64,000 bases of DNA from Salpingoeca rosetta (taxonomy: Eukaryota; Protista; Choanoflagellata): contig JAWQFM010000010.1 in assembly GCA_033442325.1 (NCBI GenBank), positions 1,669,018-1,733,017 of the forward strand, in the 5' to 3' direction. The notes beneath the pieces are model-generated. The model had not been told where the DNA came from. It saw only the letters and a program-made list of their open reading frames with translations, and searched no databases. Shown here piece by piece: positions 32,918 through 49,199 of this stretch; the stretch's first letter is position 1, and every line of letters starts with the position of its first letter. Position numbers and translations under genes: made by a program.

Positions 32918-35314
32918 CTTTGCTGTGCTGGCGCTGAGAATGCGATGCTGTTTTCCTCTTGTCGCTGTTGTTGGTGTTGTTGTTGTTGTTGTTGCTGCTG
33001 CTGCTGGCTGGCTGGCTGGCTGGTGGTGTGTTGTTTTGAGCCTGGCTTACTTCTTGTTGTGGTGGCGGTGGTGTTCTTGAGTTGAGTGGTGCTCTCGAGA
33101 ACGTTGATTGATTTGCGCAATGATGATGATGATGATGATGATGATGCTGGGTTCCTTGCGTTCAGTGCAGCAAGTGCGGGTGCGGGGTGCGGGGTGCGGG
33201 CGCTTTCTTGCGAGGGATGCTTGTGAGAGCGGGTGGTGATGTTGAGGTTGATGGTGATCGCGGAGAAAATGAACACCATCATGCAGCAAGCATCAGCACA
33301 TCACGGCGGGTGGCCCCCCAGGTTGCTGTTCGTGGTGCGGTGATGTTCTGGTGTTGTTGGGGCACGAGGAGGGGGCGGTGTGGTGACATTGTGGGGCCAG
33401 CTTGCGTGGTGGATGTTTGCTGTTTCGCTTTTGCTTCGTGGATGTGTTGGAGGGCGTTGGATGTGTTGGATGTGCTGCTGTGTTTTGTTGCAATGGCGTG
33501 TTGTGAGTTGACGTAAGGTCACACACACTCAATCAATCGATCAATCAATCGACACACGTGTGTGGGGGTGCTGTGTGGGTGCGGTGTTTGCTTTGCAGCA
33601 GCAGAAGAAACCAAACCAAAGCAACCGCAAAAGCAAAAAAGCTGGTTGCCTTTCTTCGCTTGACATGCGCCGTTTCAATGGAAGATGTGGCTAAACCTCA
33701 GCTGCATTGTGCAAGAAGGACAGTCACGACAAAGAAAGGAAACGAAACGCATCAGTCAGTGGGGACGACTTCTGCCTTTCTGCCTGCAATTGCATCTGCA
33801 TGTGTGTGTGGTGCGATATGTTGCTTGTTCTGTGTTTGTTGCTCTTTGCTTGCATGCAGGCAGGCAGATTCACGTTTCAATGCTTCCCTTCTTGCTGCTG
33901 CTGCTGCTGGGGCGCAAAAGCAAGGCAAGGAAGCAAGGAGAGGGCAATCAAACTGCCGTTTCGGCGTTGCGTCAGTGCCGGCGTGCGTTTTCAGTGAACT
34001 GAAACAACACGTGGTGTTTGGTGTGTTGGTTTGCAGAAACAGCTGAAAACAGAGGCGAGAATCAAAACCTAGTCACAGTCGTTGTGATTGTGGTTCTGCT
34101 GTCTGTTCCTTCTATCTATTCTCCTAAGTTCCTACTTCGTGTCCTTGTTTGCAGCAGGTCAAACCCAATCCAACCAGGCGAAACACCGCGCCCGCCAAAG
34201 ACAGCGTCGTGAGACGGCACCTGCCGCTTTGCTGCCGCTTTCGCCCAGTTGCCTCGCACAATCACAGCAAGTCAACGAACCAACACACTGTGTCGCGCGC
34301 ACGTGTGTGTTGGTTGTGAGAAAAACTCCTGAACATCCGTGCTGTGCTGCGCTGCTGCCTTGCGTCGTGGCGTGTTTGGTGTTTGGTGTTTGAGGCTGCT
34401 GCTGCTTGCCTCATGGAAACCCCCAACGCACGATGAAGCACGATAGAGCAAGAGCCAGTGTTCGAGGCTGCAAGGGCTGCAAGAGGATGCTTATTCGGTT
34501 CCAGTCGGGTTGCCTTTGCCTTTTGTGTGTGCTGACATCCACATGTCAGCACAGCACAGCACAGCACAGCACAGCACAGCCAGAGCGTCAGCGCAGGAGA
34601 GAAGGAGAGAGTCAAGGTGAACCTGTGAACTGTGTGTGTCGTTACCTGCTGCCTTGCTGCCTGCTGCTGGTGCGTGCATTGTGGGTAGAGTGGGTAAGGT
34701 GGTTGCACTGGGTAGATGTCGGGGTGTGCTTCTTCAAACCTGTTCGAGCTAGGCTTTTGTTTTGTCTCTATATCTCTGTGTGTGATCACTCGGTTTCCTC
34801 CAGGTCTGATATCATCACATGTGCACATACAAAGGTACAAGCAAGGGTGCACGCAGCTGCCTGCCGTAATTCAGCCGAAAGCAAATGCTCGGCAAATAGA
34901 AAGCAAGCTCAAAGCTACGAAGTTGAACGAGAATTCGAAAATAAGGGATAACGACAGCACTGCAACAGAGCACTGGTCAACGTCTGAAGGGTAAAGCGAA
35001 CCCCGTCTGAGGGAGAGGAAATCAAAGTAGGTATGACAGTAACAAAACGGCGATGCTAGTGTTTGAAGTGTCAACCGATTGAGCACACCAGCTACAGTGT
35101 GAAAATCATGATCCAGTGACACGGCTGCAGTTGTGGGCGATTGTTGGGTGCGCTAGTGGGTCAAAATTCTGCTTGAGCACGCGCGATGTTACAAAGGGGG
35201 CCAATCTCTGACATTCTAACAGACGGGCTACACGCAGGTAGAATGCTGGCCAAATTACACAGGCATGCGTTAAGTTGACATGTGAGCGAGCCGTGGATGG
35301 AATGAATGGCCAGA

Positions 35315-38028
<2,714 letters not shown>

Positions 38029-38242
38029 CTTGCTTGGTGGGTGTGGCTCTTGAAAACCCTGGCTTCTTGGTCAATCGCGGCAACAAAGAGATGCAAGACA
38101 GAAAATTCTCTGTGTGACATTTGGTGTGAGGGTCTGGCTGCAATCATGTACATTGATCACAATGTGTTTTCTGCACAAGATTCCATGCCAGCGTAACGCA
38201 GTCAGCAACAGGACACTGAGCGAATAAGCGGGCAGTGCAACG

Positions 38243-38931
38243 ATGACGATGAAGACGATCGAGAACAAGACGAGCAAGCTGTTGCGGATCAACCTGAACG
38301 AGGAGGATCGCCAGCCCATCGTGTTCTCACACTGCAAGGACTGCACCATCCATGTATGCAGAAGGAGGGGGGTGGAGGGCCGTCCAAGGCAGAAGGCTTC
38401 TCTTCCTTCCTTGCTAGCTTGTCTGTTTGGTAGTTGTCGTGCACCCGCGCTAGGTTCTCAGGTTGGTGAACGGCAGACTCGCACGTCATCGCACACGTGC
38501 AGACACTGGCTTGTGACTTGTTTTCTAACCTCGTCCTTTCCTCCTCCGCTGTTCTGCGTGCGGATGCCAGGTCCTGTTTGAGTTCACCACGGGCCCAAAC
38601 ATCACCAAAGAGTACGAAGAGTGGTGCAAGCTTCCAAAGGCCGAGAGGCCAATGCAGCAGATCATCTTCGACAGCTGTGAAGGCATGAAAGGTGTGTGGC
38701 ATGTTGAAGCCGAGCTTGCTGCAGAGCACGAAGTAGACGCCTGTTGTGCACTTTTCCACGAGTGTGTACGCCCGTGCTTGCTTGTGCGGCGCCTTGGGCG
38801 CATGACAGGCTCCTACTGCTGCACTGCGCCGACTGCCTGATGTACATAGTGTTGTGTGCGCACATTTCACGTGCATTATTGTGTGTGCGCACGTCTCACC
38901 CATCTCCAACACCATCGCCCACACACGCACA

Positions 38932-38973
<42 letters not shown>

Positions 38974-39562
38974 ACACCCACAAACAAACAAACACACACA
39001 CCCACACACACCCACAAACAAACAAACACACACACACTTCCACTTGACCATGTGATTGTGTATGTGGCTTTGCTCACTCGCCATACACTCGGCAGTGAAC
39101 GAGCACACATCAGTGGATACGCTGTTTGTGTTCAACGACTGCAAAAGCTGCACGTTTGTGAGCGAAACGTGCGACCAAGCCCTGGATTTGTATCGCTGTG
39201 TGGATATGGAGTGCAAAGCCATCCTGATTAAACAATTCAGGTGCGTATGATCTGAATAGACTCGCAGTGATGTGATACGCCACGCGTTGTTGGTGTCCAC
39301 TTCATCGCTCTCATGCCATTACCTGACTCGCATTTCATTGTGTGGTTGTCTGATCTTGGACAGGCTGCTCCAGTGTCGAAATGTGGTGCTGGCCTGCAAC
39401 AATGAGTGCGACATTGTCTCTCTGCACAATGAGACGGAGCCCGCCATCACACGCCGCTTCCATGTTGGCCGCACGGTTGCGTCTGTTGAGAGCTACAAGA
39501 AGGCAAAAGCAGCCCTCCACCTTGAGGGCTTTAAGACGGCAGATGACCAGCGATACGCGTGA
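38243..39562 (+). CDS. C-CAP/cofactor C-like (TBCC/RP2-type) beta-helix protein, 4 exons, about 190 aa
   Basis: Repeated beta-helix rungs IVFSHCKDCTI, IIFDSCEGMKV, FVFNDCKSCTF, LDLYRCVDMEC and QFRLLQCRNVVL. Phase-consistent exons are approximately 38243-38353, 38571-38691, 39096-39240 and 39364-39562. Confidence 0.65.
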
Positions 39563-40032
39563 CGCATGCCTGCACCTTGTTCGTGTTTGTGTTCAAATAT
39601 GTTGCTGTCGTGATGTGATACCCAGCATTCAGCGTTCCTGGAGTACGTGGTGCTGGAAGTATCGTCGCTCTCATTTCGTTTGCACCTGCAGGCCATGTGC
39701 GCTGGCACTTTCTGTCAGACAACCCACGCATGCACACCCTGATCTCACCATCATTACCCCCATAAACGTTCGCGTATTTAATGGCTGCCTTCACTTCACA
39801 TTTGCATGTGGCACAGAGGGGGGCAGAGAGGGTGCATGTGTGTATGTGTGGTTGTGTGTGTTTGCGCGCGTGCGCGTGTGTGTGAATGTGTGTTTGTTTG
39901 TGTTTGTTTGTGTTTGTTTGTGTGAATGTGTGTGTGTGTGTGTGCGGGAGGTTGCAGTTACTGTGAGAAGCATGAAGCAGAGAGGTAAAGGAAAGGTAGC
40001 AGCAGTGCAACACGCCAGCTCGCTGATCAAAG

Positions 40033-40087
<55 letters not shown>

Positions 40088-40223
40088 ACGCGCGTGGAAG
40101 CGAGGTCCAACGCAAAACGCAAAGGGGGAACGACGAGGGATAATGTCCAAGCTGCGAATCGGAGCTGGGCGCCGGCGTGTCCACGTGTCTTGTGCGTAAT
40201 GCGCACGATCCTTTTAGCCGCGC

Positions 40224-40773
40224 TCACTGTTGTGTAGTTTCGCCAAATTGCTTGCCCATATCCAGAAGGACATACTTGAGCTCTTCGTACTCGGCCATGC
40301 CATACCTGGACCCTTCCCGCCCCATGCCAGACTCCTTCACGCCGCCAAAAGGCGCCACCTCCGTGCTGATGATGCCCGTGTTCACACCAACCATCCCATA
40401 CTCAAGCAGCTGCACACACGTGGTCGTGTGTGTGTATGTGTGTGTGTGTGTGTGTGTGCGTGTGTGTGCGTGTGTGCGTGTGTGTGTGCGTGTGTTTGTG
40501 TGTGCGTGTGTGTATGTGTGTATGTGTATGTGTGTATGTGTATGTGTGTATGTGTATGTGTGTGTGGAAGGGGGTACGGATATGAGGTGAGAAATGAGGT
40601 GCAAGGGAAACGTGAAGTACTCAGAGTGACGAACGCAGAGGTAATGCACATAACACGCACGCACGCACATGCACGTGCCTCCAAGGAGGCAACGGGAGTG
40701 TTTGGCTCACCTCTGCAGTCTTCCAGATGCGGCGCAGATCTTGCGAGTAAAAGTACGCGACCAGGCCTTGGGG

Positions 40774-40872
<99 letters not shown>

Positions 40873-41279
40873 GAAAGAACAAAGGTCGTGGTGATGGCGG
40901 TCGTGGTGAGCACGCATGTATGCGTTACAGAACCGATGTCACATGAACGAATGAATGACATGCAGACAGACAGACAGACACAGCATATTTCCACGGCAGT
41001 AGCAACAGCAGCAACAGCAGCAGCGGGAGTGTTGATGTACATACCTGCGTGTGTGCTGTTTGCCATGCGCACAATGTCGTCGTCTGACGTGAACTTGGAG
41101 ACGGCGGCGATGGGGCCAAAGATCTCCTCACAGAAGAGCTGACGCCGATCGTGTGTGTGTGTATGTGTGTGTGTGTGTGTGTGTTGGGGGCAGAGTGGGG
41201 TGTAAATTGTCATGTGCAACCACGTGGATGTGTAAGTGTGTGTGTGTGTGCTGAACAGAACGCACAGGCACGCACGCAG

Positions 41280-41318
<39 letters not shown>

Positions 41319-41333
41319 CGCGCGCACACACAG

Positions 41334-41374
<41 letters not shown>

Positions 41375-41819
41375 CACATGCGCGACCAGGTGTACCTGTG
41401 ACTGGGCCTTGACGTCTGCAACAAGTGTCGGGTAGAAGAAGTTGCCACCAAGCGGATGTTTCATCCCTCCAGCCAAAATCTGCACGACGCGCATTTGTGA
41501 ACGTGGATGCGAACACGTGCGTATGCGTGTGTGTGCACACAGTCTACCACATGTGGTGATGGTGGGGTCACTCGAGCCAACGCATGCAAGCGACAACAAT
41601 CATCGCCATGACCACCACCACTAGGGCGGTATGTGCACTTACGCGAGCGCCGTGTCGCTGGGCATCGATGACAAGACGCGTCACATTCCGCACCGCCGCC
41701 TCATTGATCAGCGGACCCTGACCGCACACACACGCACACACACACATGAGGTGGATGTGACGTGAGTGAGCATATGTCGACGGTCTCGGGCAATGTGTGT
41801 GTGTGTGTGTGAGCGAGCG

Positions 41820-41874
<55 letters not shown>

Positions 41875-43052
41875 TGTGTGTGTGTGTGTGTGTGTGCAAC
41901 AAAGCTAGAAAGACAGACACGCACACACACATACACGCACACACATACACACATACACACATACGCACATGTGCAAACGTACAATGGCGACGCCGTCTTT
42001 GAAGCCGTCACCGACAGGCAACTTCTCAATTTCCCGCTGAAATCACACACCAGCACACGCACGGCAGTGAACAGATGGCGAAGGGGGGGGGCAAACAGGT
42101 GACAGTAGGCAGAGCAGTTCAGACCGCACACACTGTGCCGAGGTGGGTGTTTGTTTGCGTTTGGATGCGAGTACGCATGGGAGATGGCGCGTGCAGGTGG
42201 ACGCGGGGTCCGGACCTTGAGTTTCGTCATGAACTCGTCGTACACGCCGCTCTGCACGAAGAAGCGATTTGCACACACGCACGTCTGCCCGGCATTGCGG
42301 AACTGGCGTGACGAAGACACAAGCGAGGAAGGGACAGACGGAGGTGAGAGGGGTTATCGGAGGAGGGTGCAAGTGCGACATCACAAAGCAAGCCCAGTCA
42401 GTAAGGTCGCAAGAGCAAAGGAGCAAACAAAGCACTGCAACCAAATACTCTCAGCAACACAACGCATGCATACCATGCATGATCCACACAACCACATGCG
42501 CACACAACCACGCGAACACACGAGCACAAGATTACATGCGGTCTCTCAAGGACGCCACCTTGCTTGCAATGGCGCCGCTCACAGCCGCGTCGATGTCTGC
42601 ATCGTCAAAGACAATGAACGGGGCGTTACCACCGAGCTCCATCGAAACGCGTTTGACGTTGTTGGCGGCCAGGCCAAGCAGCTGCTTGCCAACAGCGGTC
42701 GACCCCGTGAACGAGAGCTTGGACACCTTGGGGTTGGTGGCAAGCTCCTGAACGTGCGGAATTGGAGGGAGCAGATGAGATGGCGAGGGCGGTGAGGGTG
42801 TTTGGTTGTTGTGATGGTGAGTTGGTGCGTGGTAACGGTGGTGGCGAGGAGGGGGTCAATGTGATCTGTTGTTTTGATGTGATGGGATGGTGGCAAGCGA
42901 TGGTATCACTGACATCTAGCGGAGTGCCAGACAGACACAGTCACGTACAACACCACGCACGCACATACGCGTGAACACACACACAGACACACACACACAC
43001 ACACACTCGCATACACACACGCATACACACACGCACGCACACACACACACAC

Positions 43053-43130
<78 letters not shown>

Positions 43131-43377
43131 CACCACATTCAGCAACTGACCTTGCCGACGGTTGGGCTTGTTTCGTGCGACGCGGTGATGACTGGGAGGA
43201 CGTCCTCAGGAATGCCGGCCTGATACGCAAGCTCAGCCATCGCCTGCACACATGCACGTGAAAGGGGGGTTAAGGGGGGGGGGGCACGCGTGCATGCACA
43301 TGAAGCACGAATGTGGGGCGTGAAGGCAATTGAGCGTGAGGATTGACTTCCAACGCGTTCTGCGCCATCACAACACA

Positions 43378-43435
<58 letters not shown>

Positions 43436-44404
43436 TGCAAGCACACACACACACACACAACCATGCACACAAATGCACAACCATGCACGCACCAGGGCAG
43501 TGAGCGGAGTCTCTGCGGAGGGCTTGACAATCATGGTGCAGCCTGCAGCCAGGGCGGCGCCGGCTTTGCGCGTGATCATGGCCAGCGGGAAGTTCCACGG
43601 CGTGATGCACGCTGCCTGCAGGCAATGTACGCCAGGGCGTGCGGAGCGTGGCGTGAGCAGGCGGATGGTGTCGAGTCTGAGCATCAAGCTATCCATGCTG
43701 CGAAGACTCAGCTTGTTAAGCCCATGAGTACGTGCACACACACGCACAAACACACACATGCACACACACACGTAATGCAAAGGAGAGCAAAACGAGCACA
43801 CAAAGATGCGGTCGTATGTGGTGTGCGTGTGCGTGTGCGTGTGTGTTCCGGCTTACCACGCCGACGGGCTGCTTCCAGACCATGATGCGCTGGTTTGGAG
43901 CCATGGGAGGATGCACATCTCCATACGAGCGAATGGCTTCCTCCGCAAACCAATACACAAACGACGTGCCTGTAGGGACAGTGCATCCAAACACACACGC
44001 GCGCGCATGAATGTGAGTCGGAGAAGGTCGAGACAAACGGGAAGGCAAAGAGGCAGGGGAACCATGCACCTGACGTGAAAGCAGGAGCCCGAGACACGAG
44101 CATGCTGTGAAGTGAAGGTGATGTGGACGCCCAATTGATGCAGCAGGAATATGATGTGACACAGCTCCATCACTCACCATAAGTGACTTCTCCACGAGCC
44201 TCAGCGAGAGGCTTTCCCTGCTCCAGCGTCATGACCCCAGCGAGGTAATCTGTGTTTGTGGTATTGAGTGCAAAACACCGCAGATGCGTTTCATGTCATG
44301 TCACAGGTCACGATGACAATGTTGAATGCAGACGTGCATGCTTCGCGGACAGGGCTGGATAGACCATCCATACTCGCACACGCATGAACACTCACGTACG
44401 CGAG

Positions 44405-44467
<63 letters not shown>

Positions 44468-44759
44468 ATGAACACTCATACTCGCATGAACCGTAGGTGA
44501 ACCGTTCATCTGACCTGTGTTGTGTGTGAGTAGATCAGCCCATTTGCGCAAGAGCTGGCTGCGCTCCCGCGCTGTCTTGTGTCGCCAGGAACTGAATGCA
44601 TGCAAGGACCTGTCGATGATGTTGCGGGTCTGCTCCAGGCTTGAGTCTGGGACGTGGGCCAGGGACTCCTGTGTTGATGGGTTGAACACCGTGAAGGTGT
44701 GTGGCTGCGGCTCTGAGAACACAGTTGGATGCATCGAGGGCCTCAAACGAAAAGCAGGC

Positions 44760-44830
<71 letters not shown>

Positions 44831-45070
44831 TTGTTGCTGTTGTTGTGCTTCTTTGTCTGTCACGTTGACTGTGCCAGAAGCCGTGTGGCTGTCGCTGTTG
44901 TTGTCGCTGTTGTTGTCGCTGTTGTTGTTGTTGTTGTCACTGTCACTGCCGCCTTGTTTGTGGGCGGTGCTTGCAGCGTGCAGTAGGCGTGCAGGGCGGC
45001 CAGCACACACCTTGTGGCTGGCTGCAACCCGCTGCAGCACCGCTCGAGCGGTCATCATCGTCATCATCAT
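40224..45070 (-). CDS. ALDH5A1: Mitochondrial succinate-semialdehyde dehydrogenase (ALDH5 family), multi-exon
   Basis: Transit-like N-terminus, [97 protein letters not shown] (catalytic Cys), EEIFGP and [19 protein letters not shown]. Confidence 0.95.
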
Positions 45071-45169
45071 CTCGCAAGCAAGCAAGGGAAATGCATTTTA
45101 TGCTGTCGAAATCCGCCTCTCTCAAACCAACCAATCCAACCAATCCACGTGCACAGCACAACAGCCAAG

Positions 45170-46339
45170 ATGGCAGCGAGGGAGCTGAGGATATCGCTCA
45201 CAACACAGCTCAGCAAGTGCGTATGATCCCGCATATAGGGAATGGCCAACCACCTGTGTGTGTGTGTGTGTGTGTGTTGGATTGTTGGATGTTCTTGGGT
45301 GGACTGCTAACTCACTTCTCACTTCTCACTTCTCACTTCTCACTTCTCACTTCTCACTTCTCACTTCTCACTTCTCACTTCATGCGTTCCACGCGCAGCT
45401 ATGAGGTTGACGCTGGGACCCTGACTGTACCGGGCAGCGCCACCCGCGCACAGCTCAGCAAGCTCGTGAACGAGCTGCTTGACAGAGGTGACGAACGAAC
45501 GGCTTGTACTCCGGTGTGCGTGTGTACATGTGCCTGTGGTGATGTGTGTGTGTGACATGACATGTCGAGCGAGAGAAGGAGAAGGAGAGAGAGTGTGTGC
45601 GTGTGTGTATGTGTGTGTGTGTGTGCGTGCGTTCGGTGCTTGCTGGTATCGCCACAGGACTGCGCCCACACTGCGCTACAGTCCGTGTACGGTGTTTCAC
45701 TGTGGCCCATGTTTGGAGTCGCTGACCTTGTGTGTGTGTGTTGTGTTGATTTGAATCTTGTTGGGGTACAACAGAGAAGCCATTGCCGTTTGACTTTATC
45801 GTCAACGAGCAGTTCCTTCGCAGCACACTGGCAGACGTTGTCCAAGAGCACAACCTGCAAGCGGTGAGTTCCTCCCCCCCCCCTTGACCACCGTTGGGCC
45901 CACAGATACACAATTCATCATGCATGCACGGCATTGCGTGTTCGCACACACAATACAACTCGCATAGCCCATGACAGTTTCAGCTTCCACCCGGCAGTCG
46001 CTCACCTTGGCGTTCAATCGCATGCACACACTGTATCTCATGCACACGCTCACGCTTCCTTCCATACACACACGCACGATGTATTCTCTCTGCTGGCAGG
46101 AGGAAGAGCTGTCTGTGGAGTATGTGTTGGCGCTGCTGCCACCGCAGCCACAGGCCACGGCCAGCGAATGTTGCGGTGGCTGTTGCTTTTGCACTGGGCG
46201 AACACGCACACGAACGCGAACGCACGAGTGGTCTCTATCCCTCGTTTCTTTGCCACGTGGGCCCTTGGCCTCCACGCTGGTGCTGTGGTCCTGCTGTTGT
46301 GGTGGTGGTGGTGATGGGGTTGCTGGTAATGGTTCGTAA
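45170..46339 (+). CDS. WDR12/Ytm1-like N-terminal NLE (ubiquitin-like) domain only; WD40 repeats absent (truncated gene, partial duplicate or assembly issue)
   Basis: Exons 45170-45216, 45399-45487, 45774-45863 and 46100 onward give LRISLTTQLSNYEVDAGTLTVPGSATRAQLSKLVNELL...PFDFIVNEQFLRSTL...EEELSVEYVLALLPPQP. There is an in-frame stop at 46339 and no WD repeats before glycogenin starts. Confidence 0.65.
45312..45379. repeat. (CTTCTCA)n heptamer tandem repeat, intronic
   Basis: About 9-10 perfect copies just upstream of a splice acceptor. Confidence 0.9.
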
Positions 46340-46406
46340 TCCGTGCATCTGCTTGCTGTCCGCGCCTACGACGAACCGTGCAGGGCTCTGAGTCACTGGT
46401 TCCGAT

Positions 46407-46497
<91 letters not shown>

Positions 46498-46889
46498 CGC
46501 ACACATCCAGTGTCCACCACCACCACCACCACCAACACCACCACCACGGTTCACCATCCAAACTCGGAATCAAGCAATCAAGTGAAACCTTTTTTGGCGT
46601 GCTTCATGTGTGCGTTTGTGTGTTGCCGTTGTACGAGTGTTCCTGTCGACGGATCCAACCAAAGCAACCCTCTTCTTGTTGCAGCTAATGATGATGATGT
46701 TGATGTTTCATCGACCTCACACTCATTCACCCGTTCGCATCGCATCACCTCAAACTCACACACACACACACGCACGCACGCACCCCTTGCTGGTTCCTGC
46801 ACGCCCTACGCTCCCCTTCGCAGCCTCCTTCCTTCCTTTCCTTCCTTTTCCTTCCTCCTCCTCTCCCCTTCTGAGCCATCAACGGCACG

Positions 46890-48482
46890 ATGCAGGACGA
46901 GACGCGTGCATATGTGACGCTGGCACTCAATGAGAAGTATGTCATTGGCGCCCTTGTCCTCGCCCACTCCTTGCACCAAACGCGCACCAACAAGCGCCTT
47001 GTCTGCTTGGTGGGACCAGACATCACCGACGAGCGAAAGTACGTCGTGTGTGTGTTTGGTTGTGGATGTGTGTGTGTTTGGTTGCGGATGTGGACGTGTG
47101 TGTGTGTTGATGTGGATGTGGATGTGGATGTGTTTGAATGGTTCGTTCACTTGCTTGCTAGCGTGCCCTGCCCTGTGTCTGGCACGACTCTTGTCCTGCT
47201 GCGACGACTTGTTGTGTCTTGCACTGTCTGCTTATCAGTCAACTGGGATGAAACACCATCATCGTGCGCATGCCCCTTCCAACCAAACACAATCACACAC
47301 ACACACACACACGTGATGCCGTTGACTCATCTCCTCACCGCTGCGCTCCCCCCCCTGCTGCGCATACAGGATGCAGATGCTGGATGTCTTTGACGACGTG
47401 GTTGACGTGTCGCTGTACAGCAGCGGTGACGTTTCGCGCCTTGAACTGCTGCAGCGGCCGGAGCTCGGTGTCACCTTCACCAAGATCCAGGCCTGGCGCC
47501 TGGAGCGTTACGAGAAGTGCGTCTTCCTGGACGCTGACACCATCGTGCTGCAGAACATTGACGATCTGTTTGACCGGCCCGAATTCGCTGCTGCGCCCGA
47601 CATTGGCTGGCCAGACTGCTTCAACTCTGGCGTCTTCGTCTTCAAGCCGTCGCACGAGACCTTCAGCGCGCTGTCAAAGCTAGCCAACGAGAAGGGCAGC
47701 TTCGATGGTACGCAACAGCGCACTCAAGCACACTCAAACACACTCAAACACACTCAATCACACGCAACAAGCACAAGCTATCCAACAACACAAGATACCA
47801 CAAGCTATCCATACCACCCCCCCCCCACACACACACCACAATCTCACGATGCCCTGCGTTGCTGCTTCCTGCCCATATGACGTCACGACAGGCGGCGACC
47901 AAGGGCTGCTCAACCAGTACTTCTCAAGCTGGCGGACGCAGGGACCCGAGCATCGTCTCCCCTTTACCGACAACATGACCGCAAACGCCGCGTAAGTGCA
48001 TGTACAATGCATGTGCGTTTGTTGCGGTGTGTTGTACGTGTGCTCTGTGCGTGTTGTGCGGTGTTTTGTGCTGTGCGTGCTGTATGGTGTCGCATGTTGT
48101 GTGTTGTGTGTCGCATGTTGCGTGTCGTGTGTTGTGTATCGTGTATCGTGTGCGACAGCTCTTGTCCCCGTGATGCTGGGATTTGCCTTCCTTCTCAAAT
48201 CCTTTCTCATTCGTCTTGAAACTCACGTGTTCATGCACCCCTTGCATGCCCCGTCTCACACGTTGCGTCGCTTGTGCACACGTTACCAGTTACGGGTATG
48301 CGCCGGCCTTTGAGCGCTTCAGGGATCGCATTCGCGTCGTGCACTTCATCGGTGCACACAAGCCCTGGATGGGCGCGCCCCCGCAAAGTAAGTGCTGACG
48401 ACTCAACACCAGCGCACGTATTGCATATGTGTGCTATTGCCCCACTTGCAAGTTGCCCATTTTATCGTCCTACGCACATACC

Positions 48483-48574
<92 letters not shown>

Positions 48575-49133
48575 AACGCAGCGACGGCCCAGATGCATGG
48601 CATCCAGCAGCTGCACGACCTGTGGTGGAGCACGCATGACGACTTGCTCAAGCACTCCTCCGACTCGGCAATCTATCGCTACGCCATGGTCCGCGCGCGT
48701 GTGATGTGTGTGTGTGTGTGATGCATGTGGGTGTGCGTGTGCACCTGCATGTGCTGCTGGTACCCTGTTGATCTCTACCGCTTCATCGTCACTTCCTCCT
48801 ATTCCATTGTCACTTGGCTAACGCAATCCACGCGTGTGTTTCTGTCGTGCAGGGCATCGTGCCACCCATCCATCCGAACGAGGACAGGTCGCGGTGGAAG
48901 CGCCACTACGCTTACCCGGAGCGCCACGACGACTACCAGCACTCCCGCTCAGCAGAGGAGGTACGCTTGTTTTGCCGCCGTGTCTGGCGGTTTGTTCTTG
49001 AGTTGTGTGGGTCTTGCTTGCGCTGCTCCACCAGCCCCGTGACTAGCTCGAAGCTAGCAGCGCCGTTGATGCAATTCACAACCCAACTAGCACGGCGACA
49101 CACAGCAACTCACACCCACGCACATGCATGCAT

Positions 49134-49199
<66 letters not shown>

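Noticed and set aside
34406-34951. 181-aa plus-strand ORF with a CKGC motif
   Set aside because: No recognisable domain, a non-ATG start in the track, a (CAGCA)n repeat inside it and no coding-like GC3 bias.
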